This document shows positions 16,631 through 25,812 of a stretch of DNA of 64,000 nt, in pieces. The notes beneath the pieces were generated by a model, which worked only from the letters and a program-made list of their open reading frames with translations, was not told where the DNA came from and ran no database searches. The DNA lies in contig CAJLKN010000001.1 in NCBI GenBank assembly GCA_905207235.1, forward strand, positions 31,302 through 95,301. Reading direction: 5' to 3'. The position numbers and the translations under genes are program-made. Origin of the DNA: an uncultured Eubacteriales bacterium. GTDB taxonomy: Bacteria > Bacillota > Clostridia > Christensenellales > Borkfalkiaceae. Every line of letters starts with the position of its first letter. Position 1 is the stretch's first letter.

Positions 16631-17241
16631 TAAAGTATCCCTTTGCTTGAAGGTATTTTGTCGCCTTCGACTTTCACAGCAGCTCTCAACGCCCTTGCGC
16701 AGGCCTTGAAGACGCATTCAATTATGTGGTGAGTGTTTTTGCCGTAAAGTTTTACTATATGCAGGGTAATTCTCGCTTCGCGAACAAACGCGAGGAAAAA
16801 TTCTTCGACAAGTTCAGTATCGAACAGTCCGACCTGCCTGCTTTTTACCTCATCGCTCTCGTCGCTGACTTTTGCGCTGGGTATTTCAACGTCGTAATTG
16901 AGCGTTCCCCTGCCGCTTATATCAACGGCGCACATAACGAGGGCTTCATCCATAGGAATGGTTACGTCGGCATAACGGACAATTCCTCTTTTTTCGCCGA
17001 GAGCCTGCAAAAAGGCCTGACCGAGCGCAATTCCCACATCTTCAACCGTATGATGAAAATCTACCTGATAGTCGCCCGTACAGTCCACGTTGAGCGCAAA
17101 CCCGCCATGGACGGCAAATAGCTCCAGCATATGATTGAAAAAGCCGCAATCGGTCTTTATATTATAATCGCCTCCGTCAAGGCAGAGGGAAAGTTTTATG
17201 TCCGTTTCGCGCGTTTTTCTTTTAATTTCCGCTATTCTCAT
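16630..17241 (-). CDS. hisB: imidazoleglycerol-phosphate dehydratase
   Basis: Metal-binding His motifs of IGPD (HHTVED, HIVK..NTHHIIE). Confidence 0.85.
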   Translation of the reverse strand: MRIAEIKRKTRETDIKLSLCLDGGDYNIKTDCGFFNHMLELFAVHGGFALNVDCTGDYQVDFHHTVEDVGIALGQAFLQALGEKRGIVRYADVTIPMDEALVMCAVDISGRGTLNYDVEIPSAKVSDESDEVKSRQVGLFDTELVEEFFLAFVREARITLHIVKLYGKNTHHIIECVFKACARALRAAVKVEGDKIPSSKGIL

Positions 17242-18302
17242 GTATTTTCCTCCATAACGGACTTTACTGCCGCCAGAAGCGCAGCCGTCTCCTCGTCCGT
17301 GCCGACAGTAATTCTTATAAAATCTTTTATTCTCTCGTCAGAAAAATGCCTTACGAGCACTCCGCGGTTTTTTAACGCCTTGTAAAGGTTTTCGCCTTCC
17401 ATCTTCGGCGTTGACGCGAGGACAAAGTTCGCAGATGAAGGAACTACTTCAAAGCCCATTTTTTTAAGCTCTTCGGTAAGTTCAGCTCTCGTAGCTTTAA
17501 TCTTTTTAACTGTAAATTCAAAATATTCGTTATCTTCTATCGCATTCTTTGCGAGCAGCATCGAAACTGTATTGACGTTATACGGGTGAAAAGAATATTT
17601 TACCTTGTTTAGGTCGGCAATGAGCTCTTTATCGGCTATGACAAAGCCAATTCTGCCGCCTGCGAGCGAACGCGATTTGGAAAAAGTGTTTACCGCAACG
17701 AGATTTTTATATTTTTTTATAAGCGGTATGACATTGCAGTCTTCTCCGAAATCGACATACGCCTGATCGATTATAACGATATTTTTCTCATTTTCGCAGA
17801 TAATCTTTTCAAGCGCCTGTACGGAGAGCGCAATGCCCGTCTGTGCATTAGGGTTTGCCAGCACAACCGTCTTGCCTTTACGGTAATAATCGCTCGCTTC
17901 TATCGAAAAATCTTTCTTTAAGGGAATGTGCTCGACCTCACAGTCGTACATATACGCAAAGACGTCGTAGAACCCGTAAGTTACGTCAGCGTAGCAAACT
18001 CCTCTTGAACCGTACGCCTGAAAGCAGAACGCCAGAGCCTCATCGGAACCGTTGGTAACAAGAACATTTTGTTCTTCCACCCCGTAATAGGAAGCTATCG
18101 CCGCGACGAGAGGTTTGCATTCAGGGTCGGAATAGCGGTTGAGTTCAGAAAGAACCTCGCGCGTGATTGCATTTACGGCTTTTTCGGACGTATAATACGG
18201 GTTTTCGTTGGTATTCAGTTTTACGTACTTCTTGTCCCTAGGTTGCTCGCCTGGGACATAGGGTGCCATGGCATTTAATTTTGCCGATGCAAACATGCTC
18301 AT
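17238..18302 (-). CDS. hisC: histidinol-phosphate aminotransferase
   Basis: Class II aminotransferase carrying the PLP-lysine motif TFSKS. Confidence 0.85.
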   Translation of the reverse strand: MSMFASAKLNAMAPYVPGEQPRDKKYVKLNTNENPYYTSEKAVNAITREVLSELNRYSDPECKPLVAAIASYYGVEEQNVLVTNGSDEALAFCFQAYGSRGVCYADVTYGFYDVFAYMYDCEVEHIPLKKDFSIEASDYYRKGKTVVLANPNAQTGIALSVQALEKIICENEKNIVIIDQAYVDFGEDCNVIPLIKKYKNLVAVNTFSKSRSLAGGRIGFVIADKELIADLNKVKYSFHPYNVNTVSMLLAKNAIEDNEYFEFTVKKIKATRAELTEELKKMGFEVVPSSANFVLASTPKMEGENLYKALKNRGVLVRHFSDERIKDFIRITVGTDEETAALLAAVKSVMEENT

Positions 18303-19573
18303 TTTTCAGTCCTTACGGTTACGCTCTCGGCATGGGCGGTCAGCCCCTCCGACATAGCGAATTCAACTATATCTTTACTGCTCTTTTCAAGTTTTTCTCT
18401 TGTATAGTAAACATATTGAGTGCTCTTTATAAAGTCGTTCACGCCGAGCGCCGAAGCGAATTTTGCCGTTCCGCTCGTGGGCAGGGTGTGATTTGTACCT
18501 GCGTAATAGTCGCCGACGGCTTCGGGTGTATTGTTTCCCAAGAAAACCGAACCTGCGTTGCGCACCTGTTTCAACAATTCAAACGGCTCCTTTACGGCAA
18601 GTTCGAGATGTTCGGGAGCAAGCTCGTCGGAGAGCTCCACTGCCTCATTAAGATTATCAGTTATTATAAGTTTGCAATTATTATCTATCGAGACCCTTGC
18701 TATGTCCCGCCTTGCAAGTTTTTCCAGCCGCCTTTCGAGCGCAACGCTTACCTCTTCGGCAAGTTGCGCGCAGTCGGTTATAAGAACTGCGGTGGCAAGC
18801 TGATCGTGCTCCGCCTGCGAAAGAAGGTCTGCCGCGACATTTTCGGGCACGGCGCTTTCATCTGCAATTATAAGAATTTCAGAGGGGCCTGCAATCATCT
18901 CTATTCCGCATACGCCGAACACAAGTTTCTTTGCCGTCTGAACGTAAATGTTGCCGGGTCCCGTTATTTTATTAACTCTTCTTATAGTCTGCGTACCGAA
19001 CGCAAGCGCCGCGACAGACTGGGCTCCGCCAACCTTATACACTTCGGTAATGCCTGCAATTTTTGCCGCCACAAGCACTTCGGGTTTGATTTTTCCGTTT
19101 TTTAAAGGAGGCGTTACCATAACTATTCTTTCAACACCCGCAATCTTTGCGGGAATTGCATTCATGAGAACGGTTGACGGATAAGCCGCCTTACCGCCCG
19201 GAACGTACAGCCCAGCGCTTTCGAGCGGGGTAATTTTCTGCCCGAGAACGCAGCCGTCCTTTTTAATTTCAAAACCTCCTTTTATCTGAGCTCTGTGAAA
19301 CTCTTCTATATTTGCGGCAGAACGGCGCAAAATCTGCTTGTATTCCTCGCTTACTGCTCTTTCTGCCTCTTCAAACTCCTCTTGAGTTACCGCAAGGTTT
19401 TCAACCGCGGCGCCGTCGAATTTGAGAGTATATTCTTTGAGGGCTTGGTCGCCGCGCTCTCTGACGTCGCGAATAATACCGTTGACGACGGCCTCCACGG
19501 CAGTCGTGTCAAGTATTGAGCGGTTGAGAATTTCGTCTTTATTGTTTTTATTATACTTTACAGGCTTAACCAT
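18299..19573 (-). CDS. hisD: histidinol dehydrogenase
   Basis: 424 aa with conserved HisD blocks (GPGNIYV, SQAEHD). Confidence 0.9.
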   Translation of the reverse strand: MVKPVKYNKNNKDEILNRSILDTTAVEAVVNGIIRDVRERGDQALKEYTLKFDGAAVENLAVTQEEFEEAERAVSEEYKQILRRSAANIEEFHRAQIKGGFEIKKDGCVLGQKITPLESAGLYVPGGKAAYPSTVLMNAIPAKIAGVERIVMVTPPLKNGKIKPEVLVAAKIAGITEVYKVGGAQSVAALAFGTQTIRRVNKITGPGNIYVQTAKKLVFGVCGIEMIAGPSEILIIADESAVPENVAADLLSQAEHDQLATAVLITDCAQLAEEVSVALERRLEKLARRDIARVSIDNNCKLIITDNLNEAVELSDELAPEHLELAVKEPFELLKQVRNAGSVFLGNNTPEAVGDYYAGTNHTLPTSGTAKFASALGVNDFIKSTQYVYYTREKLEKSSKDIVEFAMSEGLTAHAESVTVRTEK

Positions 19574-20192
19574 TTTTTACCTCGTCGGAAAGTTTGCCCG
19601 CAAGGGCAAGAATTTCTGCATTTTTGAATTTGAAAGACGCCTTGTTTGCAATCAGTCTGGCGCTTATGGGAAAAATCTCTTCAAAAACTTTTAAATTGTT
19701 CTCTTTAAGAGTTGTGCCCGTTTCAACTATATCGACTATGACGTCGGACATGCCGAGTATGGGTGCGAGCTCAATAGAGCCGTTGAGCTTTATAATTTCT
19801 ATGTCTCTGCCGAGATTTTCATAATAATTGCGCGCAACGTTGACAAATTTAGTCGCAACCCTCAATGGTCTTGAAGTATCGTCGTACCAATCGGCCTTTG
19901 CCGCGACACACATGCGACACCTGCCCATTTTAAGATCTAAAAGTTCGTAAACGTTGGGTGAAGCGTCCTCGAGGATATCTTTTCCCACGACGCCTATGTC
20001 CGCGGCGCCGAGCTCGACATATACGGCTACGTCTGAGGGCTTTACCCAGAAATAGCTAACTCCGCCCTTCTCGTCGCGGAAGATAAGTTTTCTGCTGTTC
20101 TCATCATATTCCGAACACTCATATCCCACTTTTTTAAGCAGCGAGTAAACCTTTTCGCCCAACCTGCCCTTTGGCAAAGCAATATTCAACAT
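19566..20192 (-). CDS. hisG: ATP phosphoribosyltransferase, short form
   Basis: 208 aa. The short HisG form that requires HisZ. Confidence 0.85.
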   Translation of the reverse strand: MLNIALPKGRLGEKVYSLLKKVGYECSEYDENSRKLIFRDEKGGVSYFWVKPSDVAVYVELGAADIGVVGKDILEDASPNVYELLDLKMGRCRMCVAAKADWYDDTSRPLRVATKFVNVARNYYENLGRDIEIIKLNGSIELAPILGMSDVIVDIVETGTTLKENNLKVFEEIFPISARLIANKASFKFKNAEILALAGKLSDEVKNG

Positions 20193-21277
20193 TTTTTGCC
20201 CTCCCTCAAATCGATTACGCCGCCGAAGCGCAAATCTTCGGGAATGGTTTTCGAAAGGCGGATTGTGGAGCCCGATGAAGTCAGTTCCTCTGCCGTTTGC
20301 AGCGCCTTTAAAACCAAATTATCGTCGTAAACAATTAATTTATCGACAAAAGCGTAATCGGGCTTGAAATACCTTTCGAGTTCGCCCAAATAGAGCGCAA
20401 AACCTATCGCTCCGCCGCACTTTTTAAGTCTTTGCAACAATTTATCGTATCTGCCGCCCGAAAGCACCATTTTGGGCACTCCGCCGACATATCCGTTGAA
20501 AATTATGCCGTTGTAATAGTCGGCGTTGTTTGCAATAGAAAAATTTATATTTATTTTATCGGCATAGCCGAGTTTACCCACCAAGCCGACAAGTTGTTTA
20601 AGCTGCTCCGCCGCCTCTTTCATTTGGCTGTTGAGAGCATACTTTTCGGCAAGTTGCGCGGCGTCAGAAGCATTTCCGCCTATATTTACCATCTGCCTGA
20701 ACGCTTCGCGGTACTTTTTATCCGCACCTATACTCTCTGCAAAGGTATCGAAATCGTGCAGATTTTTACTCCTTAAATACGCATAAGCCCGTTGTTTTTC
20801 TTCCGCACTCTTACAAAATGCAGAGATGAGCCCTTCGGTGTAACCCATATGCGACAAATCAAGCACAAAATCATCGCTTACCGTATGTAAAGTTTTTACG
20901 GAAAGGAGAATTATTTCCGCCTCGCAAGCGCAATCTATATCTCCGTAAACTTCAACGCCCGTCTGACTGACTTCTCTGAATTCGCCGTTTTCGTCCGTCC
21001 TGCGGTAAACTTTTTCGTTATAGAAAAGTTTTTTCGTGCCCGCCTCATTCTTTGCATGGCTTATAACCGAAAGAGTTACGTCAGGTCTTAATGCAAGCAA
21101 TCTTCCGCCGGCGCCGCTGAAAGTTATGACGTTTTTGCTTATCAGAAAGTCTATGTTGCTGAGATACAGCGAATAATCTTCGAAACATGCGGGCTTAAAC
21201 CTCCTGAACCCTCTGCCGCTATATAGCGACGTCAGTTCCGATATTATGCTGTCTTCCTGCTTGAGGTAAGCATTCAT
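20186..21277 (-). CDS. hisZ: ATP phosphoribosyltransferase regulatory subunit (HisRS paralogue)
   Basis: Class II aaRS-like fold lacking an anticodon-binding domain. Located directly upstream of hisG. Confidence 0.8.
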   Translation of the reverse strand: MNAYLKQEDSIISELTSLYSGRGFRRFKPACFEDYSLYLSNIDFLISKNVITFSGAGGRLLALRPDVTLSVISHAKNEAGTKKLFYNEKVYRRTDENGEFREVSQTGVEVYGDIDCACEAEIILLSVKTLHTVSDDFVLDLSHMGYTEGLISAFCKSAEEKQRAYAYLRSKNLHDFDTFAESIGADKKYREAFRQMVNIGGNASDAAQLAEKYALNSQMKEAAEQLKQLVGLVGKLGYADKININFSIANNADYYNGIIFNGYVGGVPKMVLSGGRYDKLLQRLKKCGGAIGFALYLGELERYFKPDYAFVDKLIVYDDNLVLKALQTAEELTSSGSTIRLSKTIPEDLRFGGVIDLREGKKC

Positions 21278-21552
21278 TGCTCTTCACCGCCAACAATAAA
21301 TTTTTTATACGCACCAGAACCGTGCGTTATTGCGCGCGAAATTCTTGAAAGCGTAGTCGAAGATATATCCGTTTCGGCAATTATCTCGCTGTAAGTTTTG
21401 CCCTCCAAAAATAGTTTTGCCGCATAGGCGCGCTGTGCCATCTGCTCTACCTCTTTATAAGTGCACAAATCATCCAACAGCGCCTTGCAGTCCTCTTCAG
21501 TTTTCAGTTTTAAAAACAAACTGTATAAAAGTTTTACGTTGGTTTCTTTCAT
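21274..21552 (-). CDS. TrpR-related YerC/YecD-family DNA-binding protein, first gene of the his operon (candidate his regulator)
   Basis: 92-aa protein with HTH DISSTTLSRISRAI. Its stop overlaps the hisZ start (ATGA). Confidence 0.6.
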   Translation of the reverse strand: MKETNVKLLYSLFLKLKTEEDCKALLDDLCTYKEVEQMAQRAYAAKLFLEGKTYSEIIAETDISSTTLSRISRAITHGSGAYKKFIVGGEEQ

Positions 21553-21616
21553 CTGACCACCCTTTTGGTAAATCGTAAATTAATTATACTTTATTACAGT
21601 AAAGAAGTAAAGCGTT

Positions 21617-21640
21617 TTGAAGCAAAAAAATTGCGGAAAT
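21617..21640. terminator. terminator hairpin (GCGGAAAG-aaa-TTTCCGC + T7 on minus transcript) after hisK
   Basis: Seen on the reverse complement, between the hisK stop and the his-operon promoter region. Confidence 0.6.
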
Positions 21641-21681
21641 TTCTTTCCGCAAACAAAAATTATATTTTAACGTATCGGCGT

Positions 21682-22464
21682 TTAAAGTTTGGAAAAACGC
21701 AGCTCTCTTCCTACATAATAACAAAGCCTGTCTATGCCGGCAGCCAAAAGAAAATCTGCGGCGGCGCGATAGGAGCGAAATATATCCTCCGCTCTGTGCG
21801 CGTCGCTACCGAAAGATACAAGTCGTCCGCCGAGCTCAAAATATCTTTTAAAAACATCCCTGTCGGGCAAAAAATCGCCGCCCGTACCGAAAGACGATGT
21901 GTTGAGTTCGAGACATTTTCCTCTGCTTATTATCTCTGACAAAATGAGGTCGTAAATATCGGAATAATCTTTATATCTCAGCTTTTTGCCCTTACCGAAA
22001 ACGTAGCGCGAAGCATAGCCTATATGACCCACAATCTGATAATCATAATCTGCCCTTACGCTTTCAAGCACGTCGCAAAGATAGCGACGGTAAAAGGACC
22101 TTACGCCTTCTTCGTCGAGGGTTACAGGATTTTTTGAACACGCTCCGTCAGGCAACATATGAACGCTGTTGATAATATAATCGAACGTATATGAGTTGAC
22201 GAAACTTTTATAAAATGCCGCCGCGCCGCGACTGTAACCCAGTTCGATACCGTGAAGCACCTTCAATTTATCCTCTCCGACAAAGGAAAAATATCCGTCG
22301 AGGTCGGGGAGCCCGAGGCATTGACCGACCAGAGCGAAGTCATAATCGTAATGTTCGGCAAAGCCTATCGCTTCCGCGCCGAGATTTTGGGCGCGGGCAA
22401 GATAATTTTGGGGCAATTCCGCACTGTCGTGCGAAAAGCTCGTGTGAAGGTGCAGGTCAATCAT
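21682..22464 (-). CDS. hisK: histidinol-phosphatase, PHP family (HisK/HisJ type)
   Basis: N-terminal MIDLHLHTSFSHDS PHP metal motif. Located next to the his operon. Confidence 0.7.
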   Translation of the reverse strand: MIDLHLHTSFSHDSAELPQNYLARAQNLGAEAIGFAEHYDYDFALVGQCLGLPDLDGYFSFVGEDKLKVLHGIELGYSRGAAAFYKSFVNSYTFDYIINSVHMLPDGACSKNPVTLDEEGVRSFYRRYLCDVLESVRADYDYQIVGHIGYASRYVFGKGKKLRYKDYSDIYDLILSEIISRGKCLELNTSSFGTGGDFLPDRDVFKRYFELGGRLVSFGSDAHRAEDIFRSYRAAADFLLAAGIDRLCYYVGRELRFSKL

Positions 22465-22468
22465 TTTA

Positions 22469-22918
22469 TTATTTGCAATATTTGCGCTCTATGGCAGAAA
22501 TTTTATCTACCCTGCGCTGATGGCGACCGCCTTCGAAGTCGGTTGTGAGGAATTTTTCGACTATTTTGAGAGCATAGCCGACGCCCACTACCTTTTCGCC
22601 GAGGGCGAGCATATTGGCGTTGTTGTGAAGTCTGGTAAATTCCGCGCAGTATGTGTCGTGGCAATGCGCGCAGCGAACACCGGGAACTTTGTTGGCAACT
22701 ATGGATACGCCTATACCAGTGGAGCAGACGACAATGCCACGCTCACATTCGCCCGAAGCAACTGCCTCAGCCGCAGGCAGAGCGTAATCTGGATAATCGC
22801 AGCTATCAAAGCTGTCGGTGCCGAAATCTACATATTCGTAACCTTTTTCTGTAAGGTATTTAATAATTTCTCTTTTGAGGTTAAGTCCGCCGTGGTCGCA
22901 GGCAAGGGCAATTTTCAT
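22469..22918 (-). CDS. rpiB: ribose-5-phosphate isomerase B
   Basis: Begins MKIALACDHGG, RpiB/LacAB family. Confidence 0.85.
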   Translation of the reverse strand: MKIALACDHGGLNLKREIIKYLTEKGYEYVDFGTDSFDSCDYPDYALPAAEAVASGECERGIVVCSTGIGVSIVANKVPGVRCAHCHDTYCAEFTRLHNNANMLALGEKVVGVGYALKIVEKFLTTDFEGGRHQRRVDKISAIERKYCK

Positions 22919-22919
22919 A

Positions 22920-23381
22920 TCAGTTCTCCTTATCGGTAAGTATGTATTTTTCTATTATTTTATCGCACGCGCAGGCTATGGCTTCGCATGTGCGCATATA
23001 AACTTCTACACCCGCGCCGTACGGGTCGGGCACATCAAAACCGCACAAATCTTTTACGCTTATTACGTTTCCGCAACCTTCAAGCATCTGTTTATGCGAG
23101 GTTGTCATCGTTATGACCACCTCGCTGCTTTCAATAAGTTTCTGGGTGAGCTGTCTGGGCGCAAAATTGCGCCTTACACAATAGCCGCACTTTTCGAGTG
23201 CGAGCGCCGCGTTAGGAGCAATAGTGTCTTTCAGCTGGGCATGCACCCCGCACGAAACGACATCCCACCATTTAATTTTGTGCTGTTTTATTTTCGCGCG
23301 CATTATCATTTCAGCCATAGGGCTGCGGCATGTGTTGCCCGTGCACACGAAAAGTATTTTTTTTCTCTTCATCTCAGCCAC
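22920..23381 (-). CDS. low-molecular-weight protein phosphatase (YwlE-like; possible protein-arginine phosphatase)
   Basis: P-loop CTGNTCRS at the N-terminus. Located in a tsaC / LMW-PTP / rpiB arrangement like B. subtilis ywlC-ywlE-ywlF. Confidence 0.75.
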   Translation of the reverse strand: MAEMKRKKILFVCTGNTCRSPMAEMIMRAKIKQHKIKWWDVVSCGVHAQLKDTIAPNAALALEKCGYCVRRNFAPRQLTQKLIESSEVVITMTTSHKQMLEGCGNVISVKDLCGFDVPDPYGAGVEVYMRTCEAIACACDKIIEKYILTDKEN

Positions 23382-24363
23382 ACGCTTTGGAAAGCCTGTT
23401 CATAACGCCGACCATAACGCCGTCCTGCTTTAAAGGAGCAACGGCAATGATTATTTCCGCTACCCTTTCGCCTTCGCGCAGTTTGTCGTAAAGATTGCAG
23501 GCAATCTGATTTTCGTCAGCCCCCAATTTAAGCACATCCGGAACTTTAAGCTCTTCCGCAACTCCGTCGTCGCACATTATATAGGCGCGCTGTCCGCGCT
23601 TTTTGCACTCAAAATACTCTTTAAGCGCTTCAAAGCGGTCTGCATAGCTAAATAATTTCGTCATGCAACGGGGCGAATAATGCTTGTATTTCATTCCCGG
23701 CGAACGTACCATTTCCCCTTCGACCATATGGTATTCGTCGCATTCGCCTGCAACCTGCGCAATCATGTCGCGCGTTACGAGCCCGCTGCGGAGCACGCAC
23801 GGCACATCGCCCGTGCAGTCGAGCACGGTGCTTTCGATACCGCCCGAGCATTTTCCGCCATCGAGAATACAGCTTATTCTGCCGTTGAGGTCATCAAAAA
23901 CGTGCTGTGCGGTTACGGGACTGACGTGCTTTGAAATATTTGCGCTGGGAGCTGCGATAGGCAACCCCACATATTTTAAGAAGCGCTGCGCGCCCTCGTG
24001 GGAAGGAATGCGCACGGCGAGGGTATTCAGACCGCAGGAAACAACAGGACTTACTTTGCCAGTGCTCCTGTAAACCATTGTAAGCGGTCCCGGAAGAAAG
24101 GCTTTGGCAAGCCTCACCGAGTAATCGGGGATATAGTCGACGAGCAAAGAAAGGTCGTAATCTTTGTGAACGTGAACTATAAGCGGGTTATCGGAAGGTC
24201 TTCCCTTTATTGCATAAATGCCCTTTACGGCTTCGTCGTTAAAGGCGTTTGCACCCAGTCCGTAAACCGTTTCGGTGGGGAAAGCCACCGCTCCGCCGTT
24301 ATCTATTATATTTTTCGCCAACTCGAGCGAATTATCATCAATTTGGTAAATACGTGTTTCCAT
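23374..24363 (-). CDS. tsaC: L-threonylcarbamoyladenylate synthase (Sua5/YwlC family, with C-terminal Sua5 domain)
   Basis: YrdC-like N-terminal domain (AFPTETVYGLGANA) with a roughly 120-aa C-terminal extension. Confidence 0.8.
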   Translation of the reverse strand: METRIYQIDDNSLELAKNIIDNGGAVAFPTETVYGLGANAFNDEAVKGIYAIKGRPSDNPLIVHVHKDYDLSLLVDYIPDYSVRLAKAFLPGPLTMVYRSTGKVSPVVSCGLNTLAVRIPSHEGAQRFLKYVGLPIAAPSANISKHVSPVTAQHVFDDLNGRISCILDGGKCSGGIESTVLDCTGDVPCVLRSGLVTRDMIAQVAGECDEYHMVEGEMVRSPGMKYKHYSPRCMTKLFSYADRFEALKEYFECKKRGQRAYIMCDDGVAEELKVPDVLKLGADENQIACNLYDKLREGERVAEIIIAVAPLKQDGVMVGVMNRLSKACG

Positions 24364-24365
24364 GA

Positions 24366-25808
24366 TTAAAACGGAGGCTCGATATCGTCGGGAATTTGGT
24401 CTTCATAGTTCCCGCCGCCGCTCTGCGCCTCCTGATTGTCGTAAACAGGTTCGGCGATATCGTCGTCGGGTTCGGGATTAACAAACTTTGTAAGTTCGCC
24501 CTTGAAGCGCAACTTAATTCTGTCAAGTCCGCCGTTTCTGTGCTTGGCTATAATAAGGTCCGCCATGCCCTTGACGATATTATTTTTCTTAATTTCTTCG
24601 TCCGTCGCGGTAACGTCGGGACGGTTGATAAACATAACAATGTCGGCATCCTGCTCTATCGCGCCTGATTCTCGCAGGTCGGAAAGCTGAGGCTCTTTTG
24701 TCTGCATACGCCTTAGTTGCGAAAGCGCAATGACGGGGACGTTGAGTTCCTTTGCCATAATTTTGAGTTCGCGGGTGATTTCCGCGACTTCCTGAGTACG
24801 ATTGATATCGGAATTTTTGCTGCCGCTCGACATCAGCTGTATGTAGTCTATCATTACAAGGTCGAGCTGTCCGTTATTCCTCGCTTTAATTCTTCGGCAT
24901 TTTGAGAGTATTTCCGCAGGCGTTACGCGCGACGAATCGTCTATATTTATCCTGCATTTTCTCATTTTTTCGCTGGCTTTGGCTATCTTTTTCCAATCGT
25001 TGGGCGTAAGCGAACCAGAAAGAGCCGCAGACATGGAAACGCCCGCATAGCTGCAAAGAAGCCTTTGGATAATCTGAATTTCGGGCATTTCCAGCGAGAA
25101 AACAGCGCAGACTTTGTCGTTGTTGAGCGCAGCGTTTTCAATTATATTCATCGCAATCGACGTCTTGCCCATACCTGGGCGCGCGGCGATGACTATAAGG
25201 TCGGTTTTTTGCAGACCGTTAGTAAGTTTATCGAGGCGGGTAAAGCCCGTCATAACTCCTCGGAATGCGTCCTTATCGTCGGAAAGAAGTTGGAATTTGT
25301 TGATTACCTGGTCTATGCCGTCGCTCTCGCGTATGTCCTTTACGGACGACGAATCGTTGACTCTGGAAATATCGTAAATCTGGCTTTCCGCAAACTGGAC
25401 GCTGCGCAGGCTGTCGTCGCTCGTCTGGGCAAATTTAATAATCTCCTTTGCCGAGCGTATAAGCCTGCGGTTTACTGCGTCCCTGCGGACTATATTAAAA
25501 TAATGCTCGTAGTTCGCCGACGACGGCGTATTCTGCGTAAGTTCGGTGAGGTAAGCAATTCCACCCGCCTTTTCGAGATTGCCCTCCGTTTCGAGCTTAT
25601 CGATGAGCGTTACGAGATCGACGGGACGACGACTGTTGTAATTCATCTTCATCGCCGAGAGAATGTATCTGTGCGATTCCTGATAAAAGTCGTCTTCCGT
25701 CAATTTTTCGAGCACGTCGGGCAATATTTCGTTGTCGATGAGCATACAACCGAGCAGCGCCTGTTCGGCGTCGAGGTTGTTGGGCATCACGTTGTTTTTA
25801 TCTGCCAT
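24366..25808 (-). CDS. dnaB: replicative DNA helicase (DnaB family), with an acidic C-terminal tail of about 30 aa
   Basis: DnaB N-terminal domain, Walker A GMGKTS, and an RecA-like core. The tail is rich in D and E residues. Confidence 0.9.
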   Translation of the reverse strand: MADKNNVMPNNLDAEQALLGCMLIDNEILPDVLEKLTEDDFYQESHRYILSAMKMNYNSRRPVDLVTLIDKLETEGNLEKAGGIAYLTELTQNTPSSANYEHYFNIVRRDAVNRRLIRSAKEIIKFAQTSDDSLRSVQFAESQIYDISRVNDSSSVKDIRESDGIDQVINKFQLLSDDKDAFRGVMTGFTRLDKLTNGLQKTDLIVIAARPGMGKTSIAMNIIENAALNNDKVCAVFSLEMPEIQIIQRLLCSYAGVSMSAALSGSLTPNDWKKIAKASEKMRKCRINIDDSSRVTPAEILSKCRRIKARNNGQLDLVMIDYIQLMSSGSKNSDINRTQEVAEITRELKIMAKELNVPVIALSQLRRMQTKEPQLSDLRESGAIEQDADIVMFINRPDVTATDEEIKKNNIVKGMADLIIAKHRNGGLDRIKLRFKGELTKFVNPEPDDDIAEPVYDNQEAQSGGGNYEDQIPDDIEPPF

Positions 25809-25812
25809 AATT

